Counted from the first letter of the stretch, positions 17,081 through 24,994 are shown. The stretch is 55,514 bases of DNA from Candidatus Woesearchaeota archaeon (GCA_018302235.1 JAGVZW010000034.1:1-55514); one strand, 5' to 3'. The notes: generated from the letters alone by a model not told the origin. Program-made: numbers and translations.

Positions 17081-17483
17081 GTTCTCTTTTAATTTTAATT
17101 ATAGGTCGTAGATCTCTTATTGATTTTCCAGATTCATCATAAATTACTACAACGCCATTTTTATTATAATAAACGTGGGAAAATGCGGTGTCATACCTTT
17201 GAAATTCCCCTTCTGGTCGAAATTTATAACATTCCCCTTTTTCTTCAAAATAATCATCTATATCTCTAACATCCCATTTTTGGTCTTCTCTAAAAAAATG
17301 AAATTTGTTGCTTTGAAAACCACCTGGTCTAAAATAGAAATAATTTTTACTGGCATATACATAACCAATTCTGTTTTCTCCTGACACAAGACATAAATCG
17401 CGTAAATTATTCTTTTCTAATTCTCTAATAAAATTATCAACCCATATTTCTTTTATAGGTTGTAATTTTTCATCTATTGTCAC
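17070..17483 (-). CDS. P-family protein, copy P1 (137 aa, unknown function)
   Basis: GTG start. The first 18 aa (MTIDEKLQPIKEIWVDNF) and the tail (...I(K/R)(R/K)ELIE) are shared with 17865-18260. The core is divergent but alignable (YFYF, HFFR, YNK-G-VVIY-ESG). Confidence 0.6.
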   Translation of the reverse strand: MTIDEKLQPIKEIWVDNFIRELEKNNLRDLCLVSGENRIGYVYASKNYFYFRPGGFQSNKFHFFREDQKWDVRDIDDYFEEKGECYKFRPEGEFQRYDTAFSHVYYNKNGVVVIYDESGKSIRDLRPIIKIKRELIE

Positions 17484-17540
17484 AAATTATTAGTAGTTTA
17501 TAGATATTTAAATAATTACGAATTATTAAGATATAGATTA
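17429..17540. repeat. 112-bp repeat spanning P1 5-prime coding end and promoter (other copy 18206-18317)
   Basis: Constant offset of 777 bp, 3-4 mismatches by eye. Confidence 0.85.
17507..17514 (-). promoter_or_regulatory. candidate TATA box for leaderless P1 transcript
   Basis: tatttaaa on the minus strand, centred about 27 nt upstream of the GTG start. Conserved in the P2 copy. No SD present. Confidence 0.4.
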
Positions 17541-17565
17541 GGATATATTATTTAAAAAAGAAAAG

Positions 17566-17864
17566 TTATTTTTTACAACAGATTACACCTTCTATACGAC
17601 TACTAGCTCCAAAATATGGTTCAACATCTGGTTGATCATTTGTTTCATATATGCCAGGTTCAACGATTATTTTATCTGGGCCGACTCATGTTACAACAAC
17701 CTCTTTGTCTTGAATATTACCATCACAAGTTTGAGTATTTTAAAAATAAACTATTTCTCCTCTTACACTTGAAGCAAAACTTCTTTGATAACTTAAATCA
17801 TTACAAATTTGATTTCCTGTTGTTCCATAACTTGATAGGTCTATTCCTAGCAAAAATAGTGTAG
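17566..17864 (-). pseudogene. Cys-rich family copy C3, pseudogene
   Basis: Own translation: ...LGIDLSSYGTTGNQICNDLSYQRSFASSVRGEIVYF*NTQTCDGNIQDKEVVVT*VGPDK...SSRIEGVICCKK*. Lacks the signal-anchor N-terminus and abuts the P2 stop. In-frame TAA (17740-17742) and TGA (17686-17688). The conserved Cys in Y-x-R-C is replaced by Ser. Confidence 0.8.
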
Positions 17865-18260
17865 TTACTCGATAAGTTCTTTTCTAATTCGAACGATTGG
17901 TTTTGTATCTATCTTTATACCACTTTCTGAATAATATATTACAATATTTCCTTTATTATAAAAAATGGTAGATAAATGTGATTGGTACATTTCTAATTTT
18001 CCCTCTATATATAATGCAGAATTTTTTATTCTTTGAACATTCCATAATCTGTCTTGGTATAATTTTCCTCTAAAAAAATGTAAAACAAATATAGCATGAT
18101 CATCATAAAAAGTAGCATTACCTATCTCAAAATAATAATAATTATTATCTACAAAAACTGGATATTGGCATCCTAATTCAGAAACTCTTTTTAAATTTGA
18201 ATGATTAAAATTATCAACCCATATTTCTTTTATAGGTTGTAATTTTTCATCTATTGTCAC
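17865..18260 (-). CDS. P-family protein, copy P2 (131 aa, unknown function)
   Basis: See P1. GTG start, with the same upstream TATA-like element. Confidence 0.6.
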   Translation of the reverse strand: MTIDEKLQPIKEIWVDNFNHSNLKRVSELGCQYPVFVDNNYYYFEIGNATFYDDHAIFVLHFFRGKLYQDRLWNVQRIKNSALYIEGKLEMYQSHLSTIFYNKGNIVIYYSESGIKIDTKPIVRIRKELIE

Positions 18261-18317
18261 AAATTATTAGTAGTTTATAGATATTTAAATAATTGTGAAT
18301 TATTAAGATATATATTA
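18206..18317. repeat. 112-bp repeat spanning P2 5-prime coding end and promoter (other copy 17429-17540)
   Basis: See the P1 copy. Confidence 0.85.
18284..18291 (-). promoter_or_regulatory. candidate TATA box for leaderless P2 transcript
   Basis: Same element and spacing as for P1. Confidence 0.4.
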
Positions 18318-18327
18318 TAATGTATAG

Positions 18328-18420
18328 TTTATTACCTCTTAAATTTTATAAGAAAATTAATGTGAAGATATATATATATATATATATATATATAACGGTT
18401 TTAAATTTCTTCTATGTTAT
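18328..18420. repeat. orphan copy of the C4 leader/promoter plus the last 5 codons of gene 20211-20444
   Basis: Aligns to 20151-20230 apart from TA-tract length and about 3 substitutions (SD gaggtga becomes gaggtaa). No Cys-rich ORF follows it. Confidence 0.8.
18368..18394. repeat. (TA)n microsatellite, 27 nt
   Basis: Uninterrupted alternating AT run. The homologous tracts are about 13 nt at 20192-20204, 9 nt at 14582-14590 and 11 nt at 15556-15566. Confidence 0.9.
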
Positions 18421-18509
18421 TTTAATATTAAAGAATTTCTAATTTTAATATATAAATAAAAATATTTAAATAGTAATTATATTTAATATTAGTAAAAAAA
18501 CTACTAAAA

Positions 18510-19220
18510 ATGCAATTAAGTAAATTAGAAAACAAAATATATGAAGGTTTAAAAAAGAATAAGATTCCTGTATTTAAATCTAAAGACCTGTGTATTTTGT
18601 TTAATATTGATAAAATAAAGGCATATAATTTAATTAAATCCTTAAAAAGAAAAGATATTATTAAGAATGTTGGAAAAGGATTTTTGGCTTTTAAAGATGT
18701 TAATGAATTTATTATAGGACAAAATTTAAATTATCCTTGTTATCTTTCTTTTTTATCAGCGTTAAATTATTATGCATATACTGATCAATTACCTAAAAAA
18801 ATATACTATGTGACTACTAAATATTCCAAAGAAATTAATAATTTTAAATATATTACTTTTGCAAAAAATAAATTTTTTGGTTATATTAAATTTGGGGATT
18901 TGATTATAGCTGAAAAAGAAAAGGTATTTATAGATTCTTTACTTTATCCTAAATATTCTGGTGGGATAAAAGAAATAATTAAATGTTTTAATGTGTCTAT
19001 AAAAGAATTAGATAAAAAAAAATTAATAGATTATGCTTATAAAACTAAAAATAAAGCTCTTTTGAGAAGGTTGGGTTTTATTTTAGAAATGTTGAAATTT
19101 AATGAAAATATTTTAAAAAAACTTAGAAAAAATACAGGCAATGGATATGAATTATTAGATCCTGATTTAAAGAAAAAAAATAATTTTAATAAAAAATGGA
19201 TGTTAGATATTAATTGTTAA
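18510..19220 (+). CDS. AbiEi-like antitoxin/transcriptional regulator (type IV TA)
   Basis: N-terminal wHTH-like segment (LSKLENKIYEGLKK...FKSKDL...AYNLIKSLKRKDIIKNVGKGFLAF). Followed 1 nt later by an AbiEii-like remnant. Confidence 0.55.
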   Translation: MQLSKLENKIYEGLKKNKIPVFKSKDLCILFNIDKIKAYNLIKSLKRKDIIKNVGKGFLAFKDVNEFIIGQNLNYPCYLSFLSALNYYAYTDQLPKKIYYVTTKYSKEINNFKYITFAKNKFFGYIKFGDLIIAEKEKVFIDSLLYPKYSGGIKEIIKCFNVSIKELDKKKLIDYAYKTKNKALLRRLGFILEMLKFNENILKKLRKNTGNGYELLDPDLKKKNNFNKKWMLDINC

Positions 19221-19221
19221 G

Positions 19222-19715
19222 ATGATAAACATAACAGAATTGGCTAAAATAAAGGAAGATAGAAGAACTAATTTATATTATGAAGAAAAAGAATATTTAC
19301 AATATATATTTTTATATGCTATTTCTAAATATGCAATAGATTTTGTATTTAAAGGAATAGAAAAAAGGTAAATAATACAATTAGTAAAGTTATTCCTCAA
19401 TTATTTTCTGATGTTCCATTATTTATTTTGATAATTTTAGATGAAAAAGAAATTTTTGCAGAAAAAATAAGGGCTTTAGTAAGTAGATCAGAAGCGAGAG
19501 ACTTGTATGATGTTTGGATATTATTAAATAAAAAAGTTGAAATTGATAAAAAACTTATTTTAGAAAAACTAAAGGAAGAAAATAAGAGATTATCTGATTT
19601 GAAATTACCTTCTAAGGAAGAGTATACTAATAATTTAAAACAATTAGTTTCTTTTGTCCCTTCTTATGAGCAAGTCAAAAAAGAGGTTTTAGAGCTTATT
19701 AAAAAAATAAAATAA
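19222..19715 (+). pseudogene. AbiEii/DUF1814-type nucleotidyltransferase toxin, internally deleted and frameshifted
   Basis: N-terminal fragment MINITELAKIKEDRRTNLYYEEKEYLQYIFLYAISKYAIDFVFKG then premature stop. The C-terminal fragment, in another frame, has EIFAEKIRALVSRSEARDLYDVWILL, as in AbiEii. The nucleotidyltransferase core between them is missing. Confidence 0.6.
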
Positions 19716-19716
19716 A

Positions 19717-20151
19717 TTATCTTTTACAACAGATTACTCCATCAAATCTTAGTTTTGAAGATTTATCACTAGCAATTCCTATAAATTCATTAGAGCCTGC
19801 TTGCATACAGTTTGTGACTGGACTAAATATTAGGTCTACGCAATCCTCTAAATAATTATCCATTATAACATAAGGTTTGTTACCAGTACAAGATCCATCC
19901 ATTGAACTAAAATAAGTATCAATATTTGTAATTTGTGTAGCAAAGCATCTACTATAACCAAATTCAATACACATATCATTACCCGTTCTAAGCTCAGATG
20001 AACTATCATAATCATTAGGTGAATCTATAAATTCACAGTTTCCTAATATATCTGAATTTTCTTTATTCCAAAAGGCATATCCAGTAAAACCTAAGCCGCC
20101 TAGAAATAAAATAGCAATAATAGATATTACTAAAATTATTTTATTATCCAT
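19717..20151 (-). CDS. Cys-rich N-terminally anchored protein family, copy C4 (intact: SD, ATG, CCKR tail)
   Basis: gaggtgataaaATG start, signal-anchor LVISIIAILFLGGLGFTGYAF, 6 spaced Cys plus C-terminal ...GVICCKR. Confidence 0.7.
   Translation of the reverse strand: MDNKIILVISIIAILFLGGLGFTGYAFWNKENSDILGNCEFIDSPNDYDSSSELRTGNDMCIEFGYSRCFATQITNIDTYFSSMDGSCTGNKPYVIMDNYLEDCVDLIFSPVTNCMQAGSNEFIGIASDKSSKLRFDGVICCKR
20028..20096. repeat. 69-bp coding repeat shared by C4 and C2 (other copy 15386-15454)
   Basis: See 15386-15454. Confidence 0.85.
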
Positions 20152-20230
20152 TTTATCACCTCTTAAATTTTATAAGAAAATTAAGGTGAAGATATATATA
20201 TATAACGGTTTTAAATTTCTTCTATGTTAT
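20151..20230. repeat. C4 leader/promoter plus 3-prime end of gene 20211-20444 (other copy 18328-18420)
   Basis: See 18328-18420. Confidence 0.8.
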
Positions 20231-20444
20231 CTTTTGTAGGTATTATCATTCTTAAAGATAATCCTAATTTTAGAATTGCAGATAAGATTGCCATATGTTC
20301 TTTTCCTGTACCAGAATAAAGATTTAGAGCAACTTCAGTATCTTTTATTTTTTCTTTTAAATTTTTTATAATTTCTTCTCTAATAGAAATGATAAATGCT
20401 ATAGTTTTTAAAATTAATGTTGTGACAATATAATTTTTGCTCAA
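20211..20444 (-). CDS. hypothetical protein (77 aa)
   Basis: ORF only. LNLYSGTGKEHMAILSAILKLG is loosely reminiscent of Rossmann/CARF-type TGGTK loops, but the protein is too short to call. Its last 5 codons are duplicated at 18400-18420. Confidence 0.35.
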   Translation of the reverse strand: MSKNYIVTTLILKTIAFIISIREEIIKNLKEKIKDTEVALNLYSGTGKEHMAILSAILKLGLSLRMIIPTKDNIEEI

Positions 20445-20510
20445 ATGTTTTTAGAAATGTGGTATAAAAAAACACAAGATATTTAAAGGGAATGCAGATT
20501 ATATTAGTTA

Positions 20511-20756
20511 ATGGGTCAAGCAGAGATAAAAGATGTGTTAGAAAAGACGAAAAAATGGATGTTAAGTAGAGAGATAGCAGAATTGGCTGGTTTATCTTTG
20601 GGTTCTGTGCAGGCTGGATTATCGCGAATGATAAAATTTGGTGAAGTTGAGAGTAGACCTGCTAGGGATGTTATTTTGGATAAAACAAGATTGAAGAGCT
20701 TATGTCCTGCCATGGCTTATAAATTAAGAGAAGATTATTATGAAGAAGAAAATTGA
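20511..20756 (+). CDS. small winged-helix DNA-binding protein (81 aa)
   Basis: HTH-like LSREIAELAGLSLGSVQAGLSRMIKFGEV. Visibly higher GC than the surrounding island. Confidence 0.55.
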   Translation: MGQAEIKDVLEKTKKWMLSREIAELAGLSLGSVQAGLSRMIKFGEVESRPARDVILDKTRLKSLCPAMAYKLREDYYEEEN

Positions 20757-21694
20757 GATTCACCTTCTATTTCTTTAAGTTTTTTTCTTATTTTATCTGA
20801 TAATTTTAATTCATTTAATAATTCTTTATATCTGTTTCTTATTGTAACTTCTGTAACTCCAGCTACATCTGCGACCTCTCTTTGTGTTCTTTTTTCATTA
20901 TTAATTAATGCTGCAACATATAATGAAGCTGCTGCAATTCCTGTTGGACCTCTGCCAGATGTAAGTTCTGCTTTTCTAGCATCATTAAGTATATCTACTG
21001 CCTTAGATTGTGTTTTTGCTGATAATTTTAGGGCTGAAACAAATCTTGGAAGATAATCTACTGGGTTACTAGGAAGGATTTTTATGCCTAATTCTCTAGT
21101 TATAAATCTATATGTTCTTCCAACTTCTTTTTTATCCATTCCGGATGCTTCAGATAATTCATCTAATGTTCTTGGTACTTCGTGTCTACGACACGCTGCA
21201 TATAAAGCGCCAGCAACAACAGATTCCATTGAACGACCCCTAACTAAACCCCTTTGTACAGCAGAATGATAAATTCTTGCTGCTTCTTCCTCGACAGATT
21301 TTGGGAGTTTTAAATAAGAAGAGACTCTTTTTAATTCTGCAAGAGCTAATTTTAAATTTCTTTCAATGGCTGTTGATATTCTATGCTGCCATTTTCTTAA
21401 TCTAAAATATTTATTTTTGCCTTTAGCACTTAATTGATATATTTCGCCTTTTTGACCTATATCTGTACCTAATCCTTTGTCATACTTTGTAAATGTCATG
21501 GGGGCGCCTGTTCTTCTTCTTTTAGATTCTTCATCAGAAAATTCTCTCCATTCTTGGCCAAAATCGATCATTTTTTCTTCAATAACTAGACCGCAATCTC
21601 TACAAATTGCTTCTCCTTTTTCTTTTTGAAATAATAGATTAGAACCCCCACATTCTGGGCATTTTTTAATATAATCTCTCATTTTTAGCTCCAT
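20738..21694 (-). CDS. tfb: transcription initiation factor TFB (TFIIB)
   Basis: N-terminal Zn ribbon CPECGG...CRDCG and two cyclin-like repeats (RGRSMESVVAGALYAACR, TQREVADVAGVTEVTIRNRYKEL). Confidence 0.95.
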   Translation of the reverse strand: MELKMRDYIKKCPECGGSNLLFQKEKGEAICRDCGLVIEEKMIDFGQEWREFSDEESKRRRTGAPMTFTKYDKGLGTDIGQKGEIYQLSAKGKNKYFRLRKWQHRISTAIERNLKLALAELKRVSSYLKLPKSVEEEAARIYHSAVQRGLVRGRSMESVVAGALYAACRRHEVPRTLDELSEASGMDKKEVGRTYRFITRELGIKILPSNPVDYLPRFVSALKLSAKTQSKAVDILNDARKAELTSGRGPTGIAAASLYVAALINNEKRTQREVADVAGVTEVTIRNRYKELLNELKLSDKIRKKLKEIEGESQFSSS

Positions 21695-21780
21695 TTATGA
21701 TAAACTTTATAAATGTGTGCAGTCAACTCTTTATAAATGTTTCTATTTAAAAAAATTAATCTAACTTTATGAAATTAGAA

Positions 21781-22104
21781 TTATTCATCCTTATTTTCTT
21801 CTTTCTGGACTTTTTTAGGCTTTTTTTTGGGTTTTTCTTCTTCTATAATAACTGATTCTTCTTCTGGTTCTTCTATTTTCTTTTCTACTTGTATATATGT
21901 AGATTCATCTACTTTTGTATTTTCTATTTCTTTAATTATATCTATTTTTTGTTTTTCTTTTGGGCCTAAATATAATAGGATTAGGATTAAAACAATAATT
22001 ACGCCAATAAAATATTTTGAGTAAGGATCATTTTCTTCTTCTTGTGCTAAAACTAAATAACTAAATAAAAAAATAAAAATTAGGAATAAAAATATTTTTT
22101 TCAT
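21781..22104 (-). CDS. small secreted/membrane protein with K/E-rich tail
   Basis: Signal-like N-terminus, a second hydrophobic span, and a charged low-complexity C-terminus. Confidence 0.45.
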   Translation of the reverse strand: MKKIFLFLIFIFLFSYLVLAQEEENDPYSKYFIGVIIVLILILLYLGPKEKQKIDIIKEIENTKVDESTYIQVEKKIEEPEEESVIIEEEKPKKKPKKVQKEENKDE

Positions 22105-22152
22105 AAATAAAATATAAATAAGAATATTATAAATATAATTGAAATCTAAAAG

Positions 22153-22527
22153 TTAAATTAAAATGGCATTAATTGTTGACTCTTGACCTGGTCTAGATGT
22201 AACTCTAGCTTTTCCTAGTTTTGTATCTATTATTGCCCCTTTAGTTAAAATTTTTCTTCTAATAAAATGCCTATTTGCATCATTATTTATTATGTTCTTA
22301 ATTTCTGTTACTGTTGTTTTTTTTGTTTTTGGATCGTAAATATTAGCAAGATTATGGGATAATAGTTTAATTTTTTTATTTCCGCTCCTTTTTCTCTCTA
22401 TTCTTGTTCTTTTTTCGCCTAATTTTGTTAAAATTGGAGAAGAACTTAGATTTGATAGTTTTTTGGTGTGTGGTTTATACCTTCCACTTGTATATTTTCT
22501 TTTGGGCCTTAAACTAGATTTTGCCAT
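22153..22527 (-). CDS. rps8e: 30S ribosomal protein S8e
   Basis: Start reset to the internal ATG (MAKSSLRPKRKYTSGR...). ARVTSRPGQ motif near the C-terminus. The upstream part of the track ORF looks non-coding. Confidence 0.8.
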   Translation of the reverse strand: MAKSSLRPKRKYTSGRYKPHTKKLSNLSSSPILTKLGEKRTRIERKRSGNKKIKLLSHNLANIYDPKTKKTTVTEIKNIINNDANRHFIRRKILTKGAIIDTKLGKARVTSRPGQESTINAILI

Positions 22528-22621
22528 AAAAAAAAGAAATTGAAGAGATTTATATAGTTTTTGTTGTGATTCTCTTGGATTTAAATCAATTCTGAACAAA
22601 ATACATAAATTAAAGTAAAGA

Positions 22622-23659
22622 TTAAGTAACTTTTTCAATTATTTCATCTAAAAATCTAAAAAAATCTTTATTACTCTTTATTTTACTTCTTTTTAGATTA
22701 AATTTTGTATTTACAAATTTTTTTAATTTTTTTTCATTAAAATTATCACTATATATGCCTAATTTATATTTTTTGACATATAACCCATTTAAGATTTGTT
22801 CGAAATGGTTAATAATTGGAACAACAAATAATGGTTTGCCTAAAAACATTGCTTCAGATATTAAGGTAAACCCGCCGTTAGTTAGTATACCTGAACATGC
22901 TGCTAAATCTTCTATAAATTTTTTGTCATCTGTAAATTTCTTAAATGTTATGTTATTTTCTGTTTTTTCTCTATTAAAACCATAAACAATAAATTTTTTG
23001 TTAATTTTTTTTAAAATTTCAGATACCCCTTCATAATCTTTGGTGGATTGATAAACTAAAAAAAAATTTTTATCACTAGTTTTAATATTAAACAATTCCC
23101 TTCTAATAATTGGATTTGTGCCAAAAACATTTTTTTTGTATTCTAATAAACAATTTGGATATAGGAGAATAATATAAATATCAGCTTCTTTAACTAAACT
23201 CTTTAATATTATCTCTGCTTTTATTTTTTGAAAAGATTCTCTGATTGGGGTTTTGTATTTCCCATAAATTAAATAATGTTGATTATCTATAGAAATTAAT
23301 GGTAATTTTAATTCTTTGGCTTTAAAACTGCTATAAGACTCCCAATCACTTATAACAATATTTGGCTTAAAACTAAGGATAATTTTATCAATCTTTTTTA
23401 AATTATTAAATGTTTTTTGATTTAATTTTTTAATGTTTTCCTGAATTGTTTTTATATTTATTATTCTATTGTTCTTAAAAAATAATTCAAAACCGCCAGT
23501 ATCATAAACGTTATTTCTTTCTTTAGATAGCCTTTTATATGGTTCTCCACTACAAACTATTAATATTTTATGTTTCTTATCCAGCTCATTAATAATTTCT
23601 TTATTTCTTATATAATGGCCCATACCAATACCACAAAATCCATATAATATTCTAACCAT
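22622..23659 (-). CDS. glycosyltransferase (MJ1255/TIGR00661-like, GT-B fold)
   Basis: N-terminal GIGMGHYIRN and C-terminal TNGGFTLISEAMFLGKP motifs. Confidence 0.65.
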   Translation of the reverse strand: MVRILYGFCGIGMGHYIRNKEIINELDKKHKILIVCSGEPYKRLSKERNNVYDTGGFELFFKNNRIINIKTIQENIKKLNQKTFNNLKKIDKIILSFKPNIVISDWESYSSFKAKELKLPLISIDNQHYLIYGKYKTPIRESFQKIKAEIILKSLVKEADIYIILLYPNCLLEYKKNVFGTNPIIRRELFNIKTSDKNFFLVYQSTKDYEGVSEILKKINKKFIVYGFNREKTENNITFKKFTDDKKFIEDLAACSGILTNGGFTLISEAMFLGKPLFVVPIINHFEQILNGLYVKKYKLGIYSDNFNEKKLKKFVNTKFNLKRSKIKSNKDFFRFLDEIIEKVT

Positions 23660-23713
23660 TTAAGTTATAAATATATCATAATCTTTATAAATATTTGTTC
23701 TACCTTTAATTAT

Positions 23714-23884
23714 ATGAAAGAAGAAAAATGTATTTCTTGTAATATAAGGATATTAAACCAAAAAGGAACGGTTAAATTTAGATGTCCGCAATGCGGTCAA
23801 TTTGATATTATTCGTTGTCCTTCTTGTAGAAAATCTGCTATAAAATATAAATGTCCAAACTGCTCTTTTGTGGGGCCAAATTAA
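23714..23884 (+). CDS. Zn-ribbon protein commonly found upstream of aEF-1beta (56 aa, below ORF-track cutoff)
   Basis: Own translation MKEEKCISCNIRILNQKGTVKFRCPQCGQFDIIRCPSCRKSAIKYKCPNCSFVGPN has four CxxC pairs. It ends 1 nt before the EF-1beta ATG. Confidence 0.65.
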   Translation: MKEEKCISCNIRILNQKGTVKFRCPQCGQFDIIRCPSCRKSAIKYKCPNCSFVGPN

Positions 23885-23885
23885 T

Positions 23886-24161
23886 ATGGCAGAAATAATA
23901 ATAACTTTAAAGATTATGCCTGAATCTCCTGAAATTGATTGGGAAGAATTAAAATTAAAATCTAAAAAAATTATTGAGGATGCTAATGGGGAGGTTGGTA
24001 AGGAATATCTAGAGGATATAGCTTTTGGTATAAAGGCATTATTTTTAATATTTATAAGGGATGAATCACTTGGTTCTGCTGACAATATAGCAGATGAAAT
24101 TTCTAATATAGATGGGATATCGTCTGCAGAAATAACAGATATTCGCAGGGCTATTGGTTAA
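23886..24161 (+). CDS. ef1b: translation elongation factor aEF-1 beta
   Basis: MAEIIITLKIMPESPEID...IAFGIKAL...EITDIRR pattern. Start reset to the ATG at 23886. Confidence 0.85.
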   Translation: MAEIIITLKIMPESPEIDWEELKLKSKKIIEDANGEVGKEYLEDIAFGIKALFLIFIRDESLGSADNIADEISNIDGISSAEITDIRRAIG

Positions 24162-24894
24162 TATTTTTTATTTTTCTTAAATAATCTTGATTTAACCCAT
24201 TTAATCTATAAATAACTACTTCTGTGACTTTTAAATTTTTACATATTTTTAAATCTTCTTCTAGTTGTTTTGGCTTTAGTATTTTTTCAGTTTTATTTAT
24301 ACCCGTGTCTATGCAACCCAATCCAACTAAAAAATTATCCTTATACAAAATTCTACCATAATGCAATTCTTCTTTGAATCTTTCATTATTTATATAATGC
24401 AGACTTCTATAAAACATTTTTATAATTTTGTTACCGTAAACAATAGGACTGTAACTTAAACCGAAAAATTTCATTTGATTAGAGATAAATCCTTTTTCTG
24501 GCAAATACTCTGCAGAGTATTTCTCATTCTTGTACTCTTTTATAAATTTTCTGATTAAATACCTATTTTTAAAGAAAGAAAAACTCTGAGTTAAAATTAA
24601 TTTTCTATTCCTTGGCAATTCAAAATCAAGCATAATTGGTTCATTATTAATATTTTTAAAGAATCTTTCTAAAATACGTGTTCTAACCCATGGGCTAAAG
24701 TAATACCCCTCTCTTATAGGTAGTATGGGCCAATAAATTACTTGTTTAACATTTTTATTTTTTATTTTGTTTTTTATTTCTGTAAATTCTTTTATAGAAA
24801 TGGCAGCAATATATAACTTTGTGGGAAAATCAATTAATTTTAATTTTTCAAAACTTTCATCAGATGGAAATTCTTCGAAAAAACTAATTAACAT
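24151..24894 (-). CDS. hypothetical protein (247 aa)
   Basis: Long ORF with no recognised motif. Confidence 0.45.
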   Translation of the reverse strand: MLISFFEEFPSDESFEKLKLIDFPTKLYIAAISIKEFTEIKNKIKNKNVKQVIYWPILPIREGYYFSPWVRTRILERFFKNINNEPIMLDFELPRNRKLILTQSFSFFKNRYLIRKFIKEYKNEKYSAEYLPEKGFISNQMKFFGLSYSPIVYGNKIIKMFYRSLHYINNERFKEELHYGRILYKDNFLVGLGCIDTGINKTEKILKPKQLEEDLKICKNLKVTEVVIYRLNGLNQDYLRKIKNINQ

Positions 24895-24994
24895 ATTATT
24901 GTATATTTATATAAATTTATAAAGATTTTTAATTAAATAGCTATTTTAATTTTAAATTAGATATATTTATTAAAATACTCTTGATTATACTTTT

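Noticed and set aside
17686-17742. In-frame TAA and TGA in the C3 copy as possible stop-codon recoding.
   Set aside because: TAA, TAG and TGA all terminate well-conserved genes in this window at their expected ends (for example TGA in ccdA). C3 also lacks its N-terminus and a framework Cys, so ordinary pseudogenisation is the simpler explanation.
17616-17864. 82-aa plus-strand ORF in the P1-P2 spacer.
   Set aside because: The minus strand here is clearly homologous to the Cys-rich family (the C3 pseudogene), so the plus-strand ORF is its shadow.
14044-20510. Diversity-generating retroelement or CRISPR array as an explanation for the repeats in the island.
   Set aside because: No reverse transcriptase or cas gene is present. 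The repeats are promoter or coding blocks of unequal spacing, not short direct repeats with unique spacers. The few mismatches between copies are not adenine-specific.
22528-22638. N-terminal 37 codons of the track ORF for S8e.
   Set aside because: The S8e homology starts at the internal MAKSSLRPKRKY. The upstream part overlaps the glycosyltransferase 3-prime end and looks non-coding, so the start was moved to 22527.
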